NCBI GenBank assembly: GCA_021776235.1 | Contig: JAJFGG010000066.1 | Span: forward strand, 26,904 to 90,903 | Direction of reading: 5' to 3' | DNA: 64,000 nt | From: Alphaproteobacteria bacterium | Lineage (GTDB): Bacteria; Pseudomonadota; Alphaproteobacteria; GCA-2731375 | In this document: piece after piece, positions 56,186-64,000 of the stretch | Numbering within the stretch: position 1 is the stretch's first letter | Layout: each line of letters opens with the position of its first letter | The notes under the pieces: model-generated | What the model saw: the letters and a program-made list of their open reading frames with translations, nothing else | Databases searched by the model: none | Told to the model about the DNA's origin: nothing | Made by a program: the position numbers and the translations under genes

Positions 56186-57508
56186 TCACTCATCTTTGCC
56201 GTCTTCCGGTGGCTGGTCTTCTTTGCCGTCTGCCTCGTCTTGCTTTTGCTTTAGCTCGTTCAAACGATCCTGCAATGCATTCATGGCATCGCGGCAGACC
56301 TCCCGGACATCGCGGGCGTATTCCTCCCTGTCGTCGCCCTTCTTCAATTTTCGCACGGCTGCCACGAAGTCTTTCCCGGTATTGCGGATCAGCCGCGCCA
56401 GACTGAAACGTTCCCATGCTTTCCAATCGCCACGCAGGTTTCTGGCGGCCGAGTTGATATGGGCGGCGAAGTCAACACCGTTGTATCTGCCGCCAAGGGA
56501 AGTATCGGGACGGCTGGAGTTTAACCGCGGATTTTGAGCGTCCGGGCCTGGCTTATACAGTTCCGGCATCTTTATCTCGCCTTTGCCATTGAGAGTCGCG
56601 CCGCCGATGTGGTTGACCAGGTCGATCAGGTCCGGGAACTCGGTGTTGAGAACATCAAGGCATTGCTGAATGATGATATCGTTGCCTTCCTGGGTCCATT
56701 TGTTGCCGCGGCTATGCAGCGGTTTCGTCCAGATTTTGATCAGGTCGTCGGCCACCAATTGGTATGGTTGGTGGCTGTCTGCGTCCGCCTTGCCTGCCGC
56801 GCCCGGAACAGCTTTTCCGGGCGGGATCGGCGGCCTTGCCGCCGCGCGGCCTCTCTTCGGCTTGCCGCTTCCCAGGTTTCCGCGCAGAAGCTGGGTCGCC
56901 ACTGTTGTGCCGACAAACAGAGTTAGCAAAATCCACGCCTTTTCGGCGCTAATGGCGCCCGCTGCGAGAAGGACCGGCACAAAAGCCAGTTTTCTGTATT
57001 CAGGCGGCGGGCCGTCGGGATCGGTGGGGTCTCCATCAAGGCGAACGGCCAGCACCTGGGCAACTTGTCTGGCCTCGGCGATCTCCTCTTCAGTGCGCTC
57101 CGAACCGATCCCCTCGAACAGTGCGCCGGATCTGGCAAACGCTTCGTAGTATTGCGCCGCCATCCCGCGCTGTTTGCCGTCGCCGCCCGCCTCGCCTGGT
57201 TGCATGGCATTGGCCACGTCCGGCACCGCCGTATTCTCGTCGGTTGACGGTGCGGGTTCCTCGGCGCCTGGCCCCAGGCTTGGCAAGCCACCTTCGTCCG
57301 GCCGTACTGGGTCTTCCGGCATCTCGAGCGGCGCCGCCTCGTTAGGCGTTGCCTCGGCGGACCGCTCCCGCAGCTCCAGGCCTTCGGCTTCCGCGTCCGC
57401 GAAACTGATCCGGACGCTGTTGCCGTCCGTACCGATGACCGGGCCGGACCCATCGACCAGCATCAGGCCGCGTTCGTCCGGCGTGTTGCGCCATTCGAGA
57501 GTGTTCAT
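56186..57508 (-). CDS. Hypothetical virion-associated protein with central TM segment and C-terminal domain of unknown function (440 aa)
   Basis: Start set at the ATG at 57508 (MNTLEWRN..., AGGAG RBS 7 nt upstream). Acidic/Pro-rich N-terminal half, TM helix (LAFVPVLLAAGAISAEKAWILLTLFVGTTVATQLL). C-terminal ~200 aa has no recognised motif and a charged tail. Confidence 0.55.
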   Translation of the reverse strand: MNTLEWRNTPDERGLMLVDGSGPVIGTDGNSVRISFADAEAEGLELRERSAEATPNEAAPLEMPEDPVRPDEGGLPSLGPGAEEPAPSTDENTAVPDVANAMQPGEAGGDGKQRGMAAQYYEAFARSGALFEGIGSERTEEEIAEARQVAQVLAVRLDGDPTDPDGPPPEYRKLAFVPVLLAAGAISAEKAWILLTLFVGTTVATQLLRGNLGSGKPKRGRAAARPPIPPGKAVPGAAGKADADSHQPYQLVADDLIKIWTKPLHSRGNKWTQEGNDIIIQQCLDVLNTEFPDLIDLVNHIGGATLNGKGEIKMPELYKPGPDAQNPRLNSSRPDTSLGGRYNGVDFAAHINSAARNLRGDWKAWERFSLARLIRNTGKDFVAAVRKLKKGDDREEYARDVREVCRDAMNALQDRLNELKQKQDEADGKEDQPPEDGKDE

Positions 57509-57846
57509 AGGCATGCTCCTGCCGCGCCACGCCGGCGGCATGGGCCTGGAAAGTTGCTTCGTTTTTGGCTATATTTTGGTCAGGGACTGGCGGCGTTTTG
57601 GACGTACGGCGAAGGCCCGGGAAATCGGGCATTAACCCCACCGGTCCCACCCTGATTCTTCTTCTTCCAGAGTTCCAGAAGATTTCTCGCTTCTGTTTTG
57701 GCCGTCGGAGCAGGACGCTACAATCTAAGGTCGTGCACCTGGGAAATTTTTTTGCATTGGTATAAGGTGCAATTGGGAAGTGGGATGCGGTGGTTCGCCT
57801 TCTGGCGACAAAAACTGGAAACGGTTCTCTGCAGCCTGCTTCCTAC

Positions 57847-60579
57847 TTAATTCTTGTCCATTTTTTGTCTTTTCCACATAGTGCGGAAAGTCAGCCGGCC
57901 CTTCTTCGTGCTGACGGCCTCGACTATATAGAGTGTACCGTCCGGCAAATTTTTCTTGAAGAGAAGGCGCAGAGGCTGACGTTTCGTCATTTCCTGCAAT
58001 TCAACGTCGTCAAATGTTTTGGCAATGGCGGGTACTAAGCCAAAGTCACTGAAACCGAGCGCTACGTGGTTCGCCTGTTTCTCTGAAGGCCCGTGGGATT
58101 TGTAGGCATGCAATCCATTGTTGGCAGAGATTTCCTGATGGTAACCTGAAAAATCTCTGCCGGTTTTCTGGCGTATGCGCTCTGCCGTATCCGCGTCCAA
58201 GTCCGGTAAATGCAACACCGTCCCGCCTTTTATCCCGGTCTTGAGTTCGCCGCGAACTGCCATTTCGATGAACATCGACGCCGCATCGCCCGCTGTCACA
58301 TCGGCGCCAAAGTCCTCCGCGTACATTTCGACATTGGTTTTTGGGTTGTTCTCTAGCTGTAGCAGAATGCGTGCCTTTGCCCGGTCCATCCGTATGGATC
58401 GGTCGGCCTTGCCAAAGATTCGCGGCAGATACCGTCTTCCCAGCTGCCATGCCCGCATGATGAGAAGTCCGTAGCCGGCATTGGTAACTTCCATGCCTTC
58501 CGGCAGATCTATGATGTCGTTGAGGGCAACAGGGCTTTTGATCAGGAAGGCACCTGCGCCCGGTTCCCCTTCTGGCAGGCCGTTCTCGGAGCCCGGCGAA
58601 TTTTCCGCCGTGCCGGTCGCCGCGTCGCTCACCGTCTGACCGGCCCGGCCGTTGCTTTCCAGGATCGGCCCACGCGCCTTGCCCTCCGCTGCCGGCTCGG
58701 CGCCTGCGCCGCGCGTCTGGTGGGCGGCCAGGACGGCGGCGGCATGGGCCTGGATGCGGCCCAGGTCATAGCTCTTGGGTACACGGTAGGTGGTGGAAAA
58801 GTTGAAATGGTCGTTGACGATCTTGTCGGTCGCCAGCCTGGCCGCGGCCTCCGGCGAACGCCCTCTTGCCACGAGATCCAGGGCGAATAGATAGATGCCG
58901 TCCCGGGTCTGTTCGGCGATGGCCCTGTCCCTGTTCCCGTCCCCGGCGGCGGACGCGGTGCGGAAAAAGCCGGCCAATTGTTCGTCAATTGCCCCCTTGA
59001 CGGCTTCGGCCTGGGCCTCGGACAAACCCTTTTCCAGCGCCCGCGGGCCGGCGGCTTCCGCCGCTATGATTCGGTTCAGGGCCGGCGCCATCTCCGGTTT
59101 ATGGGCCAATGCGGCGACGATAGGCGCGGAAGGGCTATGGCTGAAGGCCAGAAAATCCCGCATGGCCACCGCGCGGTGAGCGCCGCTTGGAGCCAGCAGC
59201 CTGGCCATGAAGTCTGCTTTATCGCCCGCCTGGTCATAGTCCCCTGCCGCCTGCGCCGCCTCCTGGTTGGAGAAATAGCGGTAGAGGAAATCAGGCCCGC
59301 CAATGACCTGTTGCAGGGCGATGTTTCTGGCCCGCGAGGGCTCCGGCGTCTTCAGGGCCGGGCCGCCCGCCGCGAAACCCGCCGGATCCCGGGTGAATTG
59401 CCTCTGGCGGTCCTGTAACGCCTTGACGGCAGCCAGATACAGTTTCTGCTTCACCGTGAAGCTCTCGGCGTCGGGCTCCGGCCGTCTGGCCTGCACTAGA
59501 TGCCAGGCCTGTTCGCCGGGTGTGAAACGGATCTCCGTCATGGTGGCGAAATAGCTCAGCGCCTGGGCGGCCCTCTCGTCGTAATCCCCCAAGGCCGCTG
59601 CATCGCCCAGATCGACGATCCGTTGCCGCAGGCCCGCTACGCCCTGGCCGCTGGTCTCGCGGCGGGCCAGATCCTCGGCGATCAGTCCCGCCACCTCGCG
59701 GCCCTCCACGGCGCGCTGGGTTTTCAGGGCGCCCGAGATGGCGGCGGCGGCGGCGGCCTTCTCCAAGCCGTTGGCCAGCAGGTGATCGTAGCCGCCATTA
59801 TCCATAACGGCCCGGGCGTCCGCCGGGTCGGCCTGGGCATCCCTGGCGATTGTTCCCTGGGCCCAGACCCGCAGGGCCGCAATGCGGCTTTGCGCGTTGC
59901 TGATAGTGCCCAGGCGCTGCTGCTCGGCGAAATCGCCGTTGGCCTCGGCAATCATGGCCGCTTGCGCCGGGCCGCGAAGGGCCGCGATGCGCTTCTGCCG
60001 GTCCCCTGTGCGTATATCCAGTTGCTGCCGCGACCAGCTGGTTTCCCGTACCGCCTGGTTGGTTCGTACCTGACGCGCCCCGGCCCGTTCCACGTTACCG
60101 GCATGAGTGCTGGCCAGCCGTTTGGCGTCCGGGTTAGAAATCTTGCCGAACAGCTTATCCCGGCCCTCGGCGAACTTCTCGGTATAGCGGGATGGATAGT
60201 CGCTGCCGTCAGGGGCGCCCTGGCCGGCGTAGGCTTCGGCCCCGGTCCGGATCCTGTCCAGTTCGACCTTGGCGTTCTGGAACTCGGTTTCGGCTAATTC
60301 CTGGTTGCGCCGTATCCTGGCCTGGATGGCGATTTCCGTCAGATCCCTGCCGGCCCCGGAGATCACCCGGCCCAGGTTCGCGTCCGCCTGCCCCTTGGCC
60401 ACCAGGGCCGCCGTTTGCCGGCGCATGGCGGCGTTCTCACGGGCGAACGAACGGTCCAGGGCGGCGCCCTCCGCCTGTGCGCCCTGCAACGCCCCCGTGC
60501 TGCCGTCTGGCCCGCCACCGTCAAAGGCAGGGCCGGCGGGGTTCAGACCCCGCTGGCTGAAGATACGGTCAATGCGCAT
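57847..60579 (-). CDS. Large internal virion protein (gp15/gp16-like, ~910 aa) with a C-terminal domain encoded on lower-GC DNA
   Basis: Position and size match T7-like internal core proteins. Start at the ATG at 60579 (MRIDRIFSQRG...). The last ~230 aa (...HAYKSHGPSEKQANHVALGFSDFG...LPDGTLYIVEAVSTKKGRLTFRTMWKRQ) are encoded by visibly AT-richer DNA. Confidence 0.6.
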   Translation of the reverse strand: MRIDRIFSQRGLNPAGPAFDGGGPDGSTGALQGAQAEGAALDRSFARENAAMRRQTAALVAKGQADANLGRVISGAGRDLTEIAIQARIRRNQELAETEFQNAKVELDRIRTGAEAYAGQGAPDGSDYPSRYTEKFAEGRDKLFGKISNPDAKRLASTHAGNVERAGARQVRTNQAVRETSWSRQQLDIRTGDRQKRIAALRGPAQAAMIAEANGDFAEQQRLGTISNAQSRIAALRVWAQGTIARDAQADPADARAVMDNGGYDHLLANGLEKAAAAAAISGALKTQRAVEGREVAGLIAEDLARRETSGQGVAGLRQRIVDLGDAAALGDYDERAAQALSYFATMTEIRFTPGEQAWHLVQARRPEPDAESFTVKQKLYLAAVKALQDRQRQFTRDPAGFAAGGPALKTPEPSRARNIALQQVIGGPDFLYRYFSNQEAAQAAGDYDQAGDKADFMARLLAPSGAHRAVAMRDFLAFSHSPSAPIVAALAHKPEMAPALNRIIAAEAAGPRALEKGLSEAQAEAVKGAIDEQLAGFFRTASAAGDGNRDRAIAEQTRDGIYLFALDLVARGRSPEAAARLATDKIVNDHFNFSTTYRVPKSYDLGRIQAHAAAVLAAHQTRGAGAEPAAEGKARGPILESNGRAGQTVSDAATGTAENSPGSENGLPEGEPGAGAFLIKSPVALNDIIDLPEGMEVTNAGYGLLIMRAWQLGRRYLPRIFGKADRSIRMDRAKARILLQLENNPKTNVEMYAEDFGADVTAGDAASMFIEMAVRGELKTGIKGGTVLHLPDLDADTAERIRQKTGRDFSGYHQEISANNGLHAYKSHGPSEKQANHVALGFSDFGLVPAIAKTFDDVELQEMTKRQPLRLLFKKNLPDGTLYIVEAVSTKKGRLTFRTMWKRQKMDKN

Positions 60580-61289
60580 TAGAGAACCCTCGCATATGAT
60601 GAAACGCCCCGGCCGAAGTCCGCCAGTCCGCCGATCAGCGCCCCCCTCCCGCGCGCCTCCGCCCCGGCCGCGTTGCTCAACGAGGTAGCGGCGTTGCTCC
60701 ACCCGGTGCGGCGCAGGCTGTCTGCGTCGATCCGGCCAACCCGGCGCCGCGAGGCGGCCCGCGCCTCGTACAGCTCCCGCTCCCGCTGGCCCTGCAGGGT
60801 GAACAGGTCCGCCTGGCCCCGCTGCCGCGCCGCCCGGCTTTCCGTGTTCAGGCGGATGATGTCCAGGTCCTTGTCCAGCTCCCCGAAGCCTTCCGCGATC
60901 AGCAGGTTCGGCGTGGTGTCGTCGATCATCCGGCCCTGGGCGGCAAAGCCCGTGACCATGGAGGAAACCCGCGCCTCGCCTATGCGCCGGGTCTGGGACA
61001 GGGCAACCAGGCCGGCCTGTTCCTCGGCCACCGCGTTCTGCAGCGACAGGGCCGCGTTGGCCTGGGCGATTTCCTGATTTGACAGGCCAAGGCGCTCCAG
61101 CAGGGCCGCCTCGATCGCCGCCAGTTCCTCCGCCGCCCGGGCCTGTTCCTCGGCTGCTTGCAGCGAGAACGAGGCCTGGCTTTCAAAGGCTTCCGCCTGA
61201 TCGTCCGCCGCCCGGGCTGAACTGACCGCGCCGACGACCGAGGCGCCCAGGCCGATAATGGCGCCGATACTGCCCAGACCAAAAGCCAT
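60579..61289 (-). CDS. Internal virion protein (gp13/gp14-like), 236 aa
   Basis: N-terminal hydrophobic Gly-rich segment then Ala/Glu-rich coiled region. Located between the gp12-like and large core-protein genes. Confidence 0.45.
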   Translation of the reverse strand: MAFGLGSIGAIIGLGASVVGAVSSARAADDQAEAFESQASFSLQAAEEQARAAEELAAIEAALLERLGLSNQEIAQANAALSLQNAVAEEQAGLVALSQTRRIGEARVSSMVTGFAAQGRMIDDTTPNLLIAEGFGELDKDLDIIRLNTESRAARQRGQADLFTLQGQRERELYEARAASRRRVGRIDADSLRRTGWSNAATSLSNAAGAEARGRGALIGGLADFGRGVSSYARVL

Positions 61290-63274
61290 CAGTCATTCAC
61301 CTCTTCACGCATGAGCAAAGCCAGCACCGTGGCCGGCAGGGGTTGGTTGGCGGTGATGGTAACCCGTCCCAGACGGTCCCAGCCCGACGGCGGTTTGATG
61401 GCGATGGGCCCGGTGTAAAGCGGTATGGCCGCCCCGACCTGATCCTCCACCTCGCGGAAGATCACGTCGTCGCCCGTTGCCCCGGCCTTGGCCGAGGCCG
61501 TCAGCCCGCCTGTATCTTTCAGTTGCAGGATCAGTTTGCCGATGGCCTTCTTGCGACCTTGGCTGGCCCCGTCCCGGGCTCCTGTGGCCAGATCGTTGGT
61601 CACCAGGGTGGCGCTATAGGCCAGGCCGATCTCGACCGCCTCCGCCCCTGCGTCCAGGCTTATGGCGCCGCCCGAAACCACTTTGCTGCCCACAGGCGCG
61701 CCATCGGCCCGGATGGTCACCGTCTCGCCTTCCAGATGGTTCAGGCCGGCCCAGACCGTCTTTGCGGGGCTGGCGGCGCCCACCACGGCGCTATCCACAT
61801 AGACATTGTCCGGGCTCGGCGTCGGGTCGATCACCTCGATATAGCGGCGGGTGCCGCCGTTTATGGTGCGTTTGACCACCAGCCAGACCTCGTCGCCGTT
61901 GTCACCGGGGATCACCGCCACGCTTTCCACCTTGGCGTCCGTGCCGGCGATGATGTGCCGGGCCCAGCCGATCACCGCCTGCTGGGGGTAATAGGTGCAG
62001 GACAGCAAAGCGCCGTCCTCCGTGGCGGCCCACAGGGTGCGGTCGGGCTGTTCCTGCCAGGCCACCTCCCGGACGCCGCCCGACAGCAGATGTTCCGAGA
62101 TCACGGAAATCTCGTCCGGTGAATACTCGTCCGTCTCCACATTGAAACCCAGGCTGTCCAGTTGCCGGCCGTCGTTGCTGGGCTTGCCATAGCGCTTGGA
62201 GAACACCACCGTGTCATCCACATCCACGGGCGCCCGATAGGCGCAACCGGCCGAGGCGACCCGTTTCAGGGGAAAATTCGTCGGCGTGATTTCGTCCGCG
62301 TTGACCCGCCAGACCGCCCCGGCGGTGCCAAAGAACAAACCCTTGGAACCCAGCAGCCAGCGCCCCACGTTGGTCCGGGGCGAGGCTACCGTGGCATCGA
62401 ACGGATCGTCGGCGTTGGCGCCCGCCAGCAGGTCGAGGAAGTCGCCGGCCCGGGACAGCCAGATCTTTTGCGGGTTGTTGTTCGACGCCGCCCAGGCCAG
62501 GCGCTGCTGGATGAAGGTCACCGCGCCTGGGTAATCATCCGTGCCGGTAAAGGCCGGCGCCGGGTCCTTGCCCGCCGTGACCGCGTATGTGGTCAGGGCC
62601 CAGGCGGTGTGCCCGGTGCGGGTCAGCTGCTTTGGCGGCTGGCTGGGGTGCGCCAGATACATGATGTCGTTGGATTGCGCGAACATCACTTCCCACAAAA
62701 CGGCTTCGGCCCAGGGCGGCGTGGTGATCTGGTAGACCCGGTAGACCGCCCCGCCCGAGGCATACGCCCCGTGTGTGCTGCCGTCCTCGCCCGACAGCTC
62801 GAACGTGTTGGCGGTCTGATTGGCCACCGTAAAGCGGCGCCCGTTGATCTGGGTCATTCCGGCCACGGCGGATATGACCACATGGGTGCCGTTCGGGTAA
62901 CCATGGCCGGCGGCGGTAATGACCACCGGGTTGTTCTGGCTCGCGCCCGTGATGCTCTTGGCGGTTTCGACCACCCGCCCCTGATCCCTGTAATAACGCA
63001 TGTAGCCGGTGCTGCCGTCGTGCCCCAGTTCGGCCACGTAGGCCTGCTCAACGCCGAAGATAAAGGGGATCAGCCGGGGCGGGTGGGCGCTGTCCTTGAC
63101 CTCGCCGATGAACCGCGTGCCGGCTCGCCGGGTCACCCCGCCATGGGGCATGACCTGCCAGTTGGTCAGGGTCCGGCAGCCCTGAAAATACTGTTTCAGG
63201 TCCGTCCGGCCATACAGCTTGGGCGAGACCTCGCCGGTGGTGAACTGGGTTTGCGCCGGCCACGAGCGCGCCAT
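61289..63274 (-). CDS. Tail tubular protein B (T7 gp12-like nozzle protein)
   Basis: 661 aa. N-terminus ...FTTGEVSPKLYGRTDLKQYFQGCRTLTNWQV... matches the pattern of T7 gp12 (GGISQQPDILRYPDQGSRQVNGWSSE). Position is immediately after the gp11-like gene. Confidence 0.6.
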   Translation of the reverse strand: MARSWPAQTQFTTGEVSPKLYGRTDLKQYFQGCRTLTNWQVMPHGGVTRRAGTRFIGEVKDSAHPPRLIPFIFGVEQAYVAELGHDGSTGYMRYYRDQGRVVETAKSITGASQNNPVVITAAGHGYPNGTHVVISAVAGMTQINGRRFTVANQTANTFELSGEDGSTHGAYASGGAVYRVYQITTPPWAEAVLWEVMFAQSNDIMYLAHPSQPPKQLTRTGHTAWALTTYAVTAGKDPAPAFTGTDDYPGAVTFIQQRLAWAASNNNPQKIWLSRAGDFLDLLAGANADDPFDATVASPRTNVGRWLLGSKGLFFGTAGAVWRVNADEITPTNFPLKRVASAGCAYRAPVDVDDTVVFSKRYGKPSNDGRQLDSLGFNVETDEYSPDEISVISEHLLSGGVREVAWQEQPDRTLWAATEDGALLSCTYYPQQAVIGWARHIIAGTDAKVESVAVIPGDNGDEVWLVVKRTINGGTRRYIEVIDPTPSPDNVYVDSAVVGAASPAKTVWAGLNHLEGETVTIRADGAPVGSKVVSGGAISLDAGAEAVEIGLAYSATLVTNDLATGARDGASQGRKKAIGKLILQLKDTGGLTASAKAGATGDDVIFREVEDQVGAAIPLYTGPIAIKPPSGWDRLGRVTITANQPLPATVLALLMREEVND

Positions 63275-63849
63275 CAGGACAGATGCTCCAGGACGAAGGG
63301 CGAGATGGGCAGCCCATCCTGCACGTCCTCGGCGCCGTCCACATTGCGGGCCTGGCGCAGGATGGCCGCGAAGTCCCGGCCTTTTTGATCCGCTTCGGTT
63401 TTCGAACCGGTCAGGGGCTTGGCCAGTTTCCAGGCCAGGTAATGGGCCAGGGCCTGCACGAAGCCGGCGTCGAACTGGGTGACATCGATAATGCGCCCGA
63501 TATAGACCAGATCCACCGTGCTCTCATGGCTCAGCAGATCCCGCCCTTCCACCTTCCAGTCCGGCGGCTCGGATGGATCGTTGGCCGAAATCACCCGCAG
63601 GCAATAAGGGTCCGTGGGCAGTTTGAAGGAATTATCATAGCCAAAGGCCGGCGCCGTGGCGTTGCGGGCCAGGCTGGCCCGCCGGGTGGCGAAGTTCCAC
63701 GGATGCAGGCGCAGCACGAAATCCCGGGCGTCGTCATAGTGGATGTTGCAATAGCGCCCCTGTTCCGTGCTTTCGGTCAGCGAGGTAATGCGCTGTTCCT
63801 CCAGCACCGCCAGGGCAATGTTGCAGATTTCAACGTCCGATGCGGCCAT
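63274..63849 (-). CDS. Tail tubular protein A (T7 gp11-like gatekeeper protein)
   Basis: 191 aa (T7 gp11 is 196 aa). EICNIALAVLEEQRITSLTEST and LRLHPWNF segments resemble T7 gp11 (VNDILASIGEPPVSTLE / IQSRGWTFNIEE). Confidence 0.6.
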   Translation of the reverse strand: MAASDVEICNIALAVLEEQRITSLTESTEQGRYCNIHYDDARDFVLRLHPWNFATRRASLARNATAPAFGYDNSFKLPTDPYCLRVISANDPSEPPDWKVEGRDLLSHESTVDLVYIGRIIDVTQFDAGFVQALAHYLAWKLAKPLTGSKTEADQKGRDFAAILRQARNVDGAEDVQDGLPISPFVLEHLS

Positions 63850-63888
63850 GGTGGCTCCTTTCAGTCGCCAGTTGTTAGATGTCAGGTT

Positions 63889-63929
63889 TCAGATGTCAGA
63901 AAAGAGCGTCGCCCCGATCTGACATCTGA
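63889..63929 (-). terminator. 12-bp perfect hairpin (tcagatgtcaga / tctgacatctga) between capsid gene end and gp11-like gene; Tphi-like position
   Basis: In T7 the major late terminator Tphi lies exactly between gene 10 (capsid) and gene 11. This hairpin occupies the same position; no U-run follows on the transcript strand. Confidence 0.4.
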
Positions 63930-63950
63930 CCTCTGATCCCTGACCTCTGG

Positions 63951-64000
63951 CTAATCGACCACGTAGACGAAATAGCCCTTGATGGTCGCCCCTGCGGGGA
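63951..64000 (-). CDS. Major capsid protein, C-terminal end only (5' part outside window)
   Basis: Minus-strand frame ends ...PAGATIKGYFVYVVD* with the stop at 63953-63951. Position before the gp11-like gene matches T7 gene 10. Confidence 0.4.
   Translation of the reverse strand, partial: PAGATIKGYFVYVVD

Larger units (their letters stand above)
51841..64000 (-). mobile_element. Late (structural + lysis) module of a T7-like podovirus prophage; continues beyond the window end
   Basis: Gene order on the minus strand: capsid C-terminus, hairpin, gp11-like, gp12-like, internal virion proteins, tail fiber, small proteins, holin, GH24 endolysin. This mirrors T7 genes 10-Tphi-11-12-13..16-17-17.5. 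Confidence 0.65.

Noticed and set aside
57342-57650. 102-aa minus-strand ORF in the 300-bp gap upstream of the 440-aa virion-protein gene, considered as a possible immunity or small effector gene
   Set aside because: It overlaps the start of the 440-aa gene in another frame, is Arg/Pro-rich with no hydrophobic core, and has no RBS. The only clean small ORF in the gap is 10 codons long.

Overview
High-GC (roughly 60%+, judged by eye) chromosomal segment. Gene content and synteny (argD-argF-hslO, fpg-ubiE, ccmABCDE..FGHI, rpe/rpiA, DUF1674) suggest an alphaproteobacterium; this is an inference, no search was run. Positions 1 to about 45.4 kb are mostly housekeeping: a radical-SAM/CoA-transferase/MaoC trio, trkH, the arginine genes, an HD-GYP-like sensor, a molybdopterin oxidoreductase, pmbA, rsmB, rpe, rpiA, a complete ccm cytochrome-c maturation cluster, acyl-CoA dehydrogenase/enoyl-CoA hydratase, mutM and ubiE. 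Inside this backbone sits an unusual minus-strand operon (5.16-11.45 kb): membrane-fusion protein, then an RND permease that reads in-frame with no stop codon into a DctQ-type TRAP small-permease module, then a DctM TRAP large permease. There is no dctP and no outer-membrane factor nearby. From about 45.4 kb the backbone gives way to an accessory region. It holds a phosphoesterase, a pentapeptide-repeat protein overlapping a decayed copy of a phage lysozyme, and several low-GC orphan genes. Beyond these, 51.8 kb to the window end carries the late (structural and lysis) module of a T7-like podovirus prophage. That module comprises a capsid C-terminus, a Tphi-like hairpin, tail tubular proteins A and B, internal virion proteins, a tail fiber, and small proteins. 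It also contains an AT-rich moron, a holin and a GH24 endolysin. Other features: a tRNA-Gly(CCC) with a weakened anticodon stem; two very long perfect hairpins between convergent genes; a pair of ~75-bp direct repeats flanking the acd-ech cassette; an SDR pseudogene fragment; and a 54-aa DUF1674 gene that the ORF track misses. All calls rest on reading the six-frame translations and the DNA by eye; no database search or computation was possible.
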